DNA of 64,000 bases. It comes from Chloroflexota bacterium. Its GTDB lineage: Bacteria > Chloroflexota > UBA11872 > VXOZ01. A program made the position numbers and the translations under genes. Location: assembly GCA_964291655.2 (NCBI GenBank), contig OZ219802.1:2560001-2624000 (forward strand). Direction: 5' to 3'. Positions 17,621 to 27,530 of this stretch are shown here, in pieces; position 1 is the stretch's first letter; every line of letters begins with the position of its first letter. The notes beneath the pieces are model-generated. The model searched no databases and was not told where the DNA came from. It saw only the letters and a list, made by a program, of their open reading frames with translations.

Positions 17621-19063
17621 CTACGGCCAGTTGCCGAGCTTCTCGCGGATGGTCGCAACGCCATCATCCACGATCGCCTGCAGGGTCGGCTTCAGCTCCT
17701 TGAGGAAGGTCGCCGCGTCCTGCTCACCGGTCCAAAGCCTGGCGTCGCCATTCTCATTGAGCAGCGTCGTAATCTGACCGCTGACTGGCGTCGTGCCGAC
17801 GTTCCACTGCGGGACGGCGGTCGCGAGCGCGTCCTGCGCCACCGAGATGCGCGGGTTGCTATAGCCGGCGAACGCTTCATTGATGAAGGGCTCGATCTCA
17901 GGAATCCAGGCCGGGATACGGCGTACGAACTTGCCCAAGCGCCCTTTGTCGAGGAGGAAGACCATGTAGTCAAAGGCCGCTTCACGCTTCTCGCTGCCGT
18001 AAACCAGTCCAAGCTTGTGCTGGTTGGCGTCCGGGGTAGAGCGTTCCACGCGCGGCATGGGGGCCATCACGAAGTCGATGCCCTGCTCCAGCGCCTGGTC
18101 GGCATACGTGAGCGGTAGGCTGCGCGGCGCCGAAATCATGAGCGGCACTTGGCCGGTCAGGAAGGGATTCTGGCCGCCGAAATAGGTCGCGTTGCGGTCA
18201 GCCTGCGGCGGAATGACCTTGTGCTTGTGCACGAGATCGAAGAAACTCGTGTAGCAGTCGATCATAGCCTCTGAATCACAGGTAGCTGTCGTCAGGTCCT
18301 GCGAAATCCAGCTACAGTCATCACCCCAGAGCAGTTGCCAGGAGCCCCAGTCGTGCGCGTGGTTGCCCATAGCCCACTGGCTTACCTGGTCGCCCTCGAA
18401 CTCACGCAGCTTGACCATTACTTCAAGCCACTCGTCCCAGGTCCAGGAGTTCTCCACGTCGGCTGACGGATAGTCGAGACCCGCTGCCTCAAAGTAGTCG
18501 GGGTTGATCATGACGACGTGGGCGTTGCCGCCGTGGCCCATGGGCAGCAAGTAGACCTGCCCCTGGAACATGGCGTCGCGCTCGAGGAGATTCGGGTTGT
18601 AGACGCTCAGGTCGAGGCCGCGCGCCTTGACCAGGTCGTCCATGTTCTGGGCGAGGTCCTGCATCACCTGCGCAAACGCGCGGCGCGGGAACTCGGAGAT
18701 GTCCGGCGGAATGCCGCCGGCTTGCATGGTCTTGATCTTAGCGACACGGTCAGCCGTACCGCCGACCTGAGAGACCAACTCGATGGTCGTGCCCGGGTTC
18801 TCAGCGATGTACGGGTCGGCCATGTTCTGCATGTAGTCGGCTTCGAGCTCGGTCGGCACCTTCAAGAAGGTGACAATGTTTACACTCTCGGCTTCTTGGG
18901 CCGGCGCCGCTTCTTTCGCTTCCGGCTCAGCCTTGGCTTCTTCCATCGAGCCAGAGTCTGCCGGCGCTGCGCCTCCGCAAGCTGCGAAGACTATGGACGT
19001 TGCCCCCAGCATGGCCGATCCTGCGAGTAGGCGACGTCGGGATAGAGACTTGCTATCGAGCAT
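17621..19063 (-). CDS. Extracellular solute-binding protein (Tat lipoprotein)
   Basis: SRRRLL twin-arginine, FAAC lipobox, Ala/Glu-rich linker, WTWDEW; GGAGG RBS. Confidence 0.88.
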   Translation of the reverse strand: MLDSKSLSRRRLLAGSAMLGATSIVFAACGGAAPADSGSMEEAKAEPEAKEAAPAQEAESVNIVTFLKVPTELEADYMQNMADPYIAENPGTTIELVSQVGGTADRVAKIKTMQAGGIPPDISEFPRRAFAQVMQDLAQNMDDLVKARGLDLSVYNPNLLERDAMFQGQVYLLPMGHGGNAHVVMINPDYFEAAGLDYPSADVENSWTWDEWLEVMVKLREFEGDQVSQWAMGNHAHDWGSWQLLWGDDCSWISQDLTTATCDSEAMIDCYTSFFDLVHKHKVIPPQADRNATYFGGQNPFLTGQVPLMISAPRSLPLTYADQALEQGIDFVMAPMPRVERSTPDANQHKLGLVYGSEKREAAFDYMVFLLDKGRLGKFVRRIPAWIPEIEPFINEAFAGYSNPRISVAQDALATAVPQWNVGTTPVSGQITTLLNENGDARLWTGEQDAATFLKELKPTLQAIVDDGVATIREKLGNWP

Positions 19064-19141
19064 TGCGCTACCTCCTTACTACTTGTCAATACGCACTACT
19101 GGCAATAATACGTGCCAGTGCCACCCCTGATAGCAGCAGCA

Positions 19142-19170
19142 ATTCTAAAGCGATTGTTGTCGTCTGTCAA
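19142..19170 (-). promoter_or_regulatory. Sigma70 promoter for the 17621-19063 gene
   Basis: TTGACA-N17-TAGAAT on the minus strand. Confidence 0.7.
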
Positions 19171-19269
19171 ATGTGGTAGGGGAGGTACATATCCAGCGTT
19201 TCAAGCTGCGGCGTTTCAAGCCAGGAATTTTGATCAGATTGCTAGTCCGTCAATTCTGCCAAAACATGG

Positions 19270-19298
19270 ATGACAAGCTCTTGAAAACATGCTATAAC
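19270..19298 (+). promoter_or_regulatory. Divergent sigma70 promoter for the 19547 gene
   Basis: ATGACA-N17-TATAAC with a TGn extension. Confidence 0.55.
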
Positions 19299-19546
19299 TA
19301 CCTTGCAGTTCTTGCCTATTTGGCGAGCGAATGGTGCGTACGCTGAGGGTTCATACAAAGGAGGAGTTCATAGCATAGACGCTCAGCAGGAAAGAGCGCT
19401 CTCATGTGCGGGTAGCAGCTCTTAAGCAGTGAATAGCGTGCGAGAGGGTGCTGATTGGTTTACGAATCGACCCAGGACAATAGCTTGAGGGTATACCGCC
19501 CGCGGGTAAGCTTAAGACAGAGACAGCAGTCTTGAGGAGACAAATC

Positions 19547-20938
19547 ATGCGTGGAGAATTGACACGACGGCAATTGCTTGGTAGCAGTGCGGTAGCCGGT
19601 ACCGGCCTGCTGCTCGCGGCCTGCGGTCAGGCGACGATGGCGCCTGCCGATGCACCTGCAGCAGCCGATGCACCTGAAGAAGAAAAGACAACCGAGGCGC
19701 CGGCAGCCGCTGAGCAGAAGATCGTCAAGTACCTGCACGTCACCACGAATCAAGCGGTGTGGGACGAGTCGTTTGGCGCTTTCTTTGATACGTTCCGCGA
19801 GCGGTATCCGGAGTACGACCTGCAAGTCGACCCGACGGTTTGCTGTTTTGCGGAAACCATTGATAAAGCCTTAGCGTCGTTTGCCGGTGGCATATCCTAC
19901 GACGTGTACTACGGCCACTTTTCCTACATCAGCCAGTTCGCGACGGCGGAAATGATCCAGTCCCTGGAGCCGTTCTTGTCGGCGGACGCTGAGGTCAGCA
20001 AGGACGACTACCACGTCTGGGCGACGGAGCGCATCCAAGGTCAGGTATACAGCATTGCCTGGTTCACCAACGGCAAAGAGTACTGGTACAACGCCGATCT
20101 CTACGCCGAGGCCGGCCTCAAGACCCCCAAGGAGCATGAGGCTGAGGGCACATGGACCTGGGATACGTTGCTGGAAGGCGCAAAGAAGCTGACCACGCAA
20201 GAGGGCAACAACGTCACGCAGTGGGGTTTCTGGACGCCTTCCTACTCATTTGGTTGGCACTGGATCCACTTGATGGCGTATGGCGCAACGTGGTGGAATG
20301 AAGATTTTTCCGCACCGTCCATGCTCTCACAAGAGTTCGCCGAAGGCACACAATTTGCCGCTGACTTGGTGACGAAGCACCGGGTCATGCCGAGTCGGGC
20401 CGCCCCAAGTGAAAACGACGTTGCTGCGGACTTTAACACGCAACTGCTCGCGGGCCGCACCTGGGGATCGTACGGCACGCGTACGATCGAAGAGCAGATC
20501 ATGTCCCAGGAGGAACCGTTCACGGTGGAGATGGAAATGCTGCCGAAGGGCCCGGCCGGGCGCCAGGTGGTGCAGTCCATCAACGCGAACTGGATCTCCA
20601 GCTCGTCGGAGAATCCCGATGGCGCATGGGACTTCTATAAATTCTGGCTGAGCCAGGAAGGCCAGAGCTTCATCGTGCCGCTGGGCGGCGGGCGCTACGT
20701 TTCGAACAAGAACTTCCAGGGCTTCACGGTCTATGACTATGAGGATCCGGAAGTCTACGCGCGCTCTGCCGAGATCAGCGTGGAACAGCGCCAGGTTGTG
20801 AAGCAGTCTGACGTCAACGCAGCATGGACCGAGAACTGGGAAGCCTTGGAGCTAGAGACCAAGACGGTCCAAGAGGTCCAGGAAGAGATTCAGCAGGTTG
20901 CGGAGAACGCGCTCCGCGAGGGCGGCTGCCTCTGCTAA
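19547..20938 (+). CDS. Extracellular solute-binding protein (Tat lipoprotein), paralog of 35361-36752
   Basis: TRRQLL, LAAC, WTWD, LPKGPAG; ATG 19547 after GAGGAG; C-terminal GGCLC. Confidence 0.88.
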   Translation: MRGELTRRQLLGSSAVAGTGLLLAACGQATMAPADAPAAADAPEEEKTTEAPAAAEQKIVKYLHVTTNQAVWDESFGAFFDTFRERYPEYDLQVDPTVCCFAETIDKALASFAGGISYDVYYGHFSYISQFATAEMIQSLEPFLSADAEVSKDDYHVWATERIQGQVYSIAWFTNGKEYWYNADLYAEAGLKTPKEHEAEGTWTWDTLLEGAKKLTTQEGNNVTQWGFWTPSYSFGWHWIHLMAYGATWWNEDFSAPSMLSQEFAEGTQFAADLVTKHRVMPSRAAPSENDVAADFNTQLLAGRTWGSYGTRTIEEQIMSQEEPFTVEMEMLPKGPAGRQVVQSINANWISSSSENPDGAWDFYKFWLSQEGQSFIVPLGGGRYVSNKNFQGFTVYDYEDPEVYARSAEISVEQRQVVKQSDVNAAWTENWEALELETKTVQEVQEEIQQVAENALREGGCLC

Positions 20939-20996
20939 CGTCTGATCGCCACAATTTGGTGGCTTGAGCAATTGCAGCAATCATAGATTGCAATGC

Positions 20997-21024
20997 GTAG
21001 GGGCACGACATGTCGTGCCCCTAC
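20997..21024. repeat. GTAG-type REP palindrome, family A (also 26191-26218 and 36943-36970)
   Basis: Perfect 28-bp palindrome gtaggggcacgacatgtcgtgcccctac; three extragenic copies. Confidence 0.85.
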
Positions 21025-21096
21025 GCTGTATTATGGACACCGCACGAATGCGGCATCTTTTCCAAGAGCAAAATGTAGTGTGGAGGGAGAAGTACT

Positions 21097-21915
21097 GTGG
21101 CAACCGAAACCAAAGTGGCTTTGCGCATATTGGGAACGCACTGGTCTACGCCGAATGCGCGTGATGCCGGCTGGGTCGAAGATGCATTTGACCTCAATCC
21201 GGCGGAGACCGGCTTTGTGGCGCTCCACCTGTGGAATGTGGGCGACGTAAACGGGCCCGCTGTACCGGAAGACTACTTTGTGGATATGGGCATCACTGAA
21301 GGCCAGTTGGAGTCGGTGCGGATTGCAGACAACTATATTCGCCCGGCGATTGCGGCAGCGCGCGCGGCAGGCATGCAAATCTTCCACGTGGAGCCGGGGA
21401 ACATCGCCATGAAGTACGACTCCGTCCACTACATGTTGGAAGAGGAAGACACGAACCCGCCGCCCGGTCCCGCGCGGCCGCCGGAAGCCAATCCGGGTTG
21501 GAACCTGGAACGCGCGGAACGCTCCCATGGCGCCGGGTACCGTGACTGGGATGGCTGGGAGCAATTGCGCATCATCCAATCCTGCGACGCTGAGCCCGGC
21601 GACCAGGTGATTCTTACCAGCGCTCAGTTCGACCGCATTTGCCGCAGCAAAGGCATCAAGAACCTGATCTACACGGGCTTCGCGGCGAACATGTGCATTT
21701 TGGGCTCCGCCGGCGGCACACAACCCATGCTTGGGTATGGATACAAAGTCTTTCTCATCCGCGAAGCGACTTTGGCAGTGGAGTATCCGGATACGTTTGC
21801 CGAGCGGCTCATGACCCGGTCGGCGCTCAAGTACTTCCAACAAGCGGTGGGCGATACAGTCGGCTACGAACAGTTCATCGAAGCCTGCGAGGCGGTAGCG
21901 GCGGCGCAGCGTTAA
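21097..21915 (+). CDS. Isochorismatase-family cysteine hydrolase
   Basis: GIKNLIYTGFAANMC...GYKVFLIREAT pattern. Confidence 0.75.
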   Translation: MATETKVALRILGTHWSTPNARDAGWVEDAFDLNPAETGFVALHLWNVGDVNGPAVPEDYFVDMGITEGQLESVRIADNYIRPAIAAARAAGMQIFHVEPGNIAMKYDSVHYMLEEEDTNPPPGPARPPEANPGWNLERAERSHGAGYRDWDGWEQLRIIQSCDAEPGDQVILTSAQFDRICRSKGIKNLIYTGFAANMCILGSAGGTQPMLGYGYKVFLIREATLAVEYPDTFAERLMTRSALKYFQQAVGDTVGYEQFIEACEAVAAAQR

Positions 21916-21972
21916 GTAATCGACGTGAAAGGACGCGTACCCGCGCTTTAGTCATTTGATTCCGCGCACAGA

Positions 21973-23178
21973 TTGTCGCGGTACATCGCCAAAGAACAAA
22001 GGAGTTTGGGGCAGATGAGACGAGAGACCGGCCGTGGCAAATCCCAATTTCCCCGCCCATGGCGCAGCTTGTGGACAGCGATTGCAATCCTTGTGCTCGT
22101 TGTTGCCGCCGCGTGCGGGGGCGACGACCCGGACGTTGAGCCGGCGCCGTCCGAGGCGCCGGCGATTCGCGTGATCGCCGTCACGAATGTCCTCGCGGAC
22201 TGGGCAAAGGCAGTCGGCGGCGACCGCGTGGAAGTAGCCAGCCTCATACCGACCGACGTGGACCCGCACGGATTCCAACCCGGCCCCCGCGACGCGGCGA
22301 AGATTGCAGAAGCCGATTTGATTATTGCCATCGGACTGGGCATGGAAGGCTTCTGGCTCGATGAGCTCTTGCACAACGTGGCGCGGGATTCGTCAATTGT
22401 GCTGACGTTGGGCGATCTCGTCGACCCCATTCTGAACGATACAGAGGATGAAGGCGGCCACACTGACGACGAAGAAGGTCACGACGAGGATGAAGAGGGT
22501 CACGCCGACGATGAAGGTGAGGGCCACGATGATGACGACGAAGGGCATGCCGACGATGAAGAAGGCCACGCCGAAGATGAGGATGAGGGCCATGCCGATG
22601 ACGAAGATGAGGGCCACGCCGATGACGCAGGAGAACATGGGCACGACCACGGGGCGCATAACCCGCACTTCTGGTTCGATCCGCTCCGTGTGGTACTCGC
22701 GGTCGATGCGATTGCCGCCCGTTTCGCGGAGCTCGATCCGGATCATGCCGACGAATACCGGGCCAATGCCGCCGCCTACAACGCGGAAGTCCTGGCGTTG
22801 CACGCCTGGACGCTGGAACAGGTCAGCGCGGTGCCGGCCGCAAAGCGGCTGATCCTCGGTTCGCACGACTATTTCCGCTACTTTGCGGTACGGTACGAGT
22901 TCGAGGTTGTTGGGATAATCCTGTCGATTGCCGAAGACGCGGAACCGTCCGCTGAGCACCTGGCGCATCTCGTAGACATAATGAGAGAGCATGACGTGCA
23001 GGCCGTGTTTGGTGAGAAGATTGCCCGGGAGCGCCTGGCAAGCGCCTTGGCGAATGAGGCCGGCGCGACGCTCGTGCGGCTCTACTCGGATTCGCTCGGG
23101 CCCGAAGGCAGCGGCGCGGACACCTATATCACGATGGTGCAGTTCAACGTCCGGCTCGTAGTCGAGGCGTTGCGATGA
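21973..23178 (+). CDS. znuA: Metal (Zn/Mn) ABC transporter substrate-binding lipoprotein with His/Asp/Glu-rich loop
   Basis: AAAC lipobox, DPHGFQP, NPHFWFDP, SHDYFRYF; true start probably a little downstream. Confidence 0.85.
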   Translation: MSRYIAKEQRSLGQMRRETGRGKSQFPRPWRSLWTAIAILVLVVAAACGGDDPDVEPAPSEAPAIRVIAVTNVLADWAKAVGGDRVEVASLIPTDVDPHGFQPGPRDAAKIAEADLIIAIGLGMEGFWLDELLHNVARDSSIVLTLGDLVDPILNDTEDEGGHTDDEEGHDEDEEGHADDEGEGHDDDDEGHADDEEGHAEDEDEGHADDEDEGHADDAGEHGHDHGAHNPHFWFDPLRVVLAVDAIAARFAELDPDHADEYRANAAAYNAEVLALHAWTLEQVSAVPAAKRLILGSHDYFRYFAVRYEFEVVGIILSIAEDAEPSAEHLAHLVDIMREHDVQAVFGEKIARERLASALANEAGATLVRLYSDSLGPEGSGADTYITMVQFNVRLVVEALR

Positions 23179-23963
23179 ACGCGGGCGCAGACGACACGCA
23201 GGAGCAGTCTAGCGACGCGACCGCGCCGTCACTTGCCGTGGAAGACCTCTTCGTGGATCGCGGAGAGGTCCAGGTGCTCAACGGTGTCAGCTTTGCCGCG
23301 AGCAGTTCGCGCATCATGGGCGTCATTGGCCCCAATGGCGCCGGCAAAAGCACGCTCTTCAATACGCTCACCGGGCTGATCCCGGCCAGAGAGGGCCGGG
23401 TGCGTATTAGTGGTAAGTCGATAGGCGAGTCGCGGGGGCAGGTTGCGTTCGTGCCGCAGCGCCAAAACATCAACTGGGATCTGCCCATGACCGTGTGGGA
23501 CATGGTGATGCTGGGCCGAACGCGCCAGATCGGGTGGTTTCGCCGGCCAGGGAGTGCCGACAAGCAAGCCGTGGAGGACGCCCTCAACCAAGTTTGGATG
23601 TGGGACAGGCGCGATGCCCTGATTGCGGAACTCTCCGGCGGGCAGCAGCAACGAGTATTCGTCGCCCGCGCCCTGGCGCAGGATGTGCAGGTGCTGATTC
23701 TGGATGAAGCCTTCCGGGGAGTGGATTTTACCTCCCAAGAGGTCATGACACTGGTGCTGCAGGAGATGCGGGACGCGGGGAAGACCATCCTTCTCGCTTC
23801 GCACAATATCAGCTACATCCGGCGGTTGACCGATGATTGCCTCTGCCTCAACCGCCAAGTCATCGCCTGCGGGCTCACGTCGGAAGTGCTGGTGCCGAAA
23901 GTCATGGACGAGTTGTACCGCTCGGTGGATATCTACCGGGCCTACGAGAGCGAGCACCGCTAG
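23175..23963 (+). CDS. znuC: Metal ABC transporter ATP-binding protein
   Basis: GPNGAGKST, LSGGQQQR, LILDE. Confidence 0.88.
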   Translation: MNAGADDTQEQSSDATAPSLAVEDLFVDRGEVQVLNGVSFAASSSRIMGVIGPNGAGKSTLFNTLTGLIPAREGRVRISGKSIGESRGQVAFVPQRQNINWDLPMTVWDMVMLGRTRQIGWFRRPGSADKQAVEDALNQVWMWDRRDALIAELSGGQQQRVFVARALAQDVQVLILDEAFRGVDFTSQEVMTLVLQEMRDAGKTILLASHNISYIRRLTDDCLCLNRQVIACGLTSEVLVPKVMDELYRSVDIYRAYESEHR

Positions 23964-24785
23964 ATGGAGGTCCTTGCCGACATCTTCATTGCTCCCTTTC
24001 AGTACGGCTTCATGCTGCGGGCGCTGATTGTCTCGGTGCTTGTGGGGGTAATGTGCCCCATGCTGGGCGCTTACGTCGTGACCAAGGGCCTGGGGTTTAT
24101 GGGGGACGCGCTCTCCCACGCCGTGTTGCCCGGCATGGTGGCTGCGTTCGTAATTGGCGTCAATCCGTTTTTGGGAGCGATGCCCATGGGCATCGTGGTG
24201 GCGCTGCTCAGCGGCTACCTCATTCGACGCGCCGGTATCAGCGCCGATACCTCTGTAGGCATACTCTTCGCCGGCCTCTTTGCCTTGGGTGTAGTCATGT
24301 TGTCCTTCACCCGGGGTCTGCGCGTAAGCCTGGAAGACATTCTGCTGGGACAGGTGCTGGGCGTAACCACCCAGGACGTGCTCTTGACGCTGGTACTGGC
24401 CGTGCTGGTACTGGCAGTCCTCTATCTGCTCCATAAAGAACTGGTCTTTGCCAGCTTCGACCCAGCGGGGGCGACGGTGATCGGCCTGCCCACGCAGGCG
24501 CTGGATTACCTGCTCTTGGCACTGCTGGCGGTCGTGATCGTGCTGGCCATCCAGGCGGTGGGTATCGTGCTTGTGTTGGCGATGCTCATCACGCCGGCGG
24601 CCACGTCATTCCTGCTGGTGCGCAATTTCCCAAAAGCGATGTTCACCGGTTCGCTCTTGGGATTGACCTCGGCTGTGTCCGGGCTTTACCTTTCCTACCA
24701 CTATAACCTGCCGTCGGGGCCTTCCATGGCGCTGGTGGCTACGGTGATTTTTGCGGTTGTGGTGGCGGTGAAAAAAGCACGGTAA
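23964..24785 (+). CDS. znuB: Metal ABC transporter permease (ABC-3)
   Basis: GDALSHAVLPG, SFDP, VGIVLVLAMLITPAAT; multiple transmembrane segments. Confidence 0.88.
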   Translation: MEVLADIFIAPFQYGFMLRALIVSVLVGVMCPMLGAYVVTKGLGFMGDALSHAVLPGMVAAFVIGVNPFLGAMPMGIVVALLSGYLIRRAGISADTSVGILFAGLFALGVVMLSFTRGLRVSLEDILLGQVLGVTTQDVLLTLVLAVLVLAVLYLLHKELVFASFDPAGATVIGLPTQALDYLLLALLAVVIVLAIQAVGIVLVLAMLITPAATSFLLVRNFPKAMFTGSLLGLTSAVSGLYLSYHYNLPSGPSMALVATVIFAVVVAVKKAR

Positions 24786-24924
24786 CATCTGCATGGTGAA
24801 TTGCTGTAGGTGTGGCACATTGGGATATGCAGCGACAGGAATTCGGCGTGTTTGAAGATGTCAGCGGAATTCGTCCGCCCGCAGTGCCACGTATCAAGAG
24901 TATTCGAGAATAAAGGAAGCTCTC

Positions 24925-25842
24925 ATGTACCCAAACGGCGCACAGTTTTGCCTTAGCCTGACCTTCGACGTGGAGATGTGCACCAATTTTCCGTATTGGA
25001 CGTCGGTGTGGGACCATCGCAAGGGCGCCATCGATGCTGACTGCAAGCAATACATCCAGAAGCTGAACGCGGTGGCGGCGAATTACGGCGTCAAGCTGCA
25101 CTACTTCCTGGTGGGCAGCGCGTTGGAAGACCCTGACCTCGACTACCTAAAGCAGGCCGTTGACGCCGGTCACGCGCTCGGCAACCATACGTATTCTCAT
25201 ATTAATGTGCGGGCGCAAGAGATCCCACAGCTCCAGGTGACGTATGCCTCAGCACCATGGCGGGCCCACGGCCGTACCGCGCTCACGTGCATCCGCGACG
25301 AGCTTCGCCAGACCAGCAGCGCCATGCGGGAGGTATTGGGCGTAAATCCAGTGGGATTTCGCACGCCGGGCGGGTTCGTTGACGGCTTACACAGCGTGCC
25401 TGCGGTGCAGGAGCTATTGAAAGATGAGGGCTTTGGCTACGCTTCTTCGCACTTTCGTTTTCCGGTCGACCCCACGCACAAGCGACCCCCGCGAGAGCGA
25501 TTAGAAACGGCCATGCGCGAGAGTCTCGACTCGCTGCAGCCGTACCGCTATCCCAACGGCCTGCCGGAGCTCCCGCCCACGGGCATAACCGACATTTGGG
25601 GGTTCCGCTATCTGGACCTGGACCGCTGGGAATTCATCAACCTGCTCAAGCACGGCATCGACCACGCTCACGCCAACGGTCAGGTGCTGACCATGACGTT
25701 CCATCCGCCGGTTTTGGCCGCCAGAGACCCGCACTGCGATGTACTGGAAACGGTGTTGCCCTATGCGCTGGGGAAGCCCGGCGGCTGCTGGGTCGCCACG
25801 AATGACGAGGTTTACGAACACGTCGTGCCGAATGTCGCATAG
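24925..25842 (+). CDS. Polysaccharide deacetylase (CE4) family protein
   Basis: LTFDVE, GNHTYSH, GFRTPG and TFHP NodB-type motifs. Confidence 0.85.
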   Translation: MYPNGAQFCLSLTFDVEMCTNFPYWTSVWDHRKGAIDADCKQYIQKLNAVAANYGVKLHYFLVGSALEDPDLDYLKQAVDAGHALGNHTYSHINVRAQEIPQLQVTYASAPWRAHGRTALTCIRDELRQTSSAMREVLGVNPVGFRTPGGFVDGLHSVPAVQELLKDEGFGYASSHFRFPVDPTHKRPPRERLETAMRESLDSLQPYRYPNGLPELPPTGITDIWGFRYLDLDRWEFINLLKHGIDHAHANGQVLTMTFHPPVLAARDPHCDVLETVLPYALGKPGGCWVATNDEVYEHVVPNVA

Positions 25843-25891
25843 TTGCCGAATCACGGCAGGAAGTGCGGCATACTCCATTCGAAAGGTCATT

Positions 25892-26058
25892 GTCGCGCGG
25901 GGGCTTGTCCCCAATGCTGTCGCGCTTAAGCATGATGGCGACAGACAACGCGCTTCACATTCCCGGTAGCGCAGGTGTGCAACCTGCGTTCCTGCAAGGT
26001 CAATACTTTGCGTGCCTGTTACTTTTTGCCTTTGGCGCGGGACAAGCCCCCGTGCTAC
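25892..26058. repeat. Inverted pair of family C REPs enclosing a family B REP (REPIN-like)
   Basis: gtcgcgcgggggcttgtcccc ... gtagcgcaggtgtgcaacctgcg ... gcgggacaagcccccgtgctac. Confidence 0.6.
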
Positions 26059-26321
26059 TTTAGTGCGACAACATTGGGGCTTTTCCTCCGCTCCGGTGTC
26101 AAGCAAGTCCTTAGCGAGCGGCGCGCATTTACACCATTCGAAGGTGGAACCTGAGTGAGGAAGTTCCACTTCTTCTAGGTGCGCAAGGGTGTAGGGGCAC
26201 GACATGTCGTGCCCCTACGTGCCATACTCTTACCAAATGGCTCATTCCACAGTGAGTGTAAAGCCCACGGCAGAGACAAGACCATAGGAATATTCGCGCG
26301 TAAAGCTAAGGAGATGGACTC

Positions 26322-27530
26322 GTGAGAAAGACGATTGACGAGATCGGCGTGACCTTCGACACGGAGTTTGAAGCGGCCGCGGCGGAAGACGTATCCCTGG
26401 CCGAAGACGGGACCGTGCATCTCTATACCCGCGTCGATCCCAAGCCCACTGGCTTCGACGAACACTTCAAAGGCGTACCCACGCAGTACCGCTACAGCGT
26501 GCGCGTCACGGCGCACCGGGAGACGCCCGCGCTGCGCATTCACGTGCATACAGACAGAGAGCTGGGTGGCTGGTACATCCAGTTTGGAGGCTTTGTGAAG
26601 CGCGCGGGCGGCTGGGAGCCGATTCCATTAGAAAACGCCACCAACGTGCCGGACACCAGCGATGTGCTCATCACGCTCTCGCTCCGTGAAGGCGAATCCG
26701 TGGTGCTGGGCAGCATGCCGTTCATCGCGCCGTCGGAATTGGAGACGCAACTCGAGGCGCTCATGCGCACGGAAAGTCACGTCTGGTCGACGCGTGTCTT
26801 GGCCGAGACGGCGAAAGGGCGCAAGATTTGGGCGCTGGAGACTGCGCCACGGGACAAGCGCATCGTGGTGGCGGGCACCTCGCAGGGCGCGGAGCCGGTG
26901 GCAGAAAGACTGGTGGAATTGGCGCGGCGGCTCACGGTCGATCTCACGGACTCGCGCTGGCTCTTGGACAACTACCAGGTGAGTTTGGTGCCGATGATCA
27001 ATCCCGACGGCGCGGCGGAGGGTCACAGTTTGCTCAACGGCAGCGGCGAGGTGGTGGCCGGCGGCTACAAAGCGGCGGTTTCCGGCGAGCCGTGCCCGGT
27101 GGAGAGCAAGGCCTTGGCAGACTACGTCGGGCTGGCACCAACCCAAGCCTATCTCGAATTCCATGCCCACTACCGCACGATTCCCCCGGGAGAAGAAGAT
27201 CACCTGGGCGTGCGCAAGCTGCACTTGCTCAATCCCGGCATGACGGACATCTATCCGCCGGAAACGGACCCGGAGTACGTCGACCGCTTCAACGCCGTCA
27301 TGCGCCAGCGGCTGGGCGATCACAACGACCACCGCCCCATCGGCCAGTGGTGGAAACCGGCGGCGTTCTTTACCCCCAACCTCGCCCGGCTGCATCACCA
27401 TTGCATGTTCTACGCCGTGCAGTCGTGGAACTACGATCTTCAAGCCACCACAGCCTGGGCAGAACGCTACCTCTACGCCGCGGCGGAAAGCACCGCCATC
27501 GCCAGCGGCGAACCCACCTGGCGAGAGTGA
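26322..27530 (+). CDS. M14 zinc carboxypeptidase-like protein
   Basis: VPMINPDG, YLEFH, LAETAKGRKIW; first Zn motif is atypical (QGAE). Confidence 0.7.
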   Translation: MRKTIDEIGVTFDTEFEAAAAEDVSLAEDGTVHLYTRVDPKPTGFDEHFKGVPTQYRYSVRVTAHRETPALRIHVHTDRELGGWYIQFGGFVKRAGGWEPIPLENATNVPDTSDVLITLSLREGESVVLGSMPFIAPSELETQLEALMRTESHVWSTRVLAETAKGRKIWALETAPRDKRIVVAGTSQGAEPVAERLVELARRLTVDLTDSRWLLDNYQVSLVPMINPDGAAEGHSLLNGSGEVVAGGYKAAVSGEPCPVESKALADYVGLAPTQAYLEFHAHYRTIPPGEEDHLGVRKLHLLNPGMTDIYPPETDPEYVDRFNAVMRQRLGDHNDHRPIGQWWKPAAFFTPNLARLHHHCMFYAVQSWNYDLQATTAWAERYLYAAAESTAIASGEPTWRE

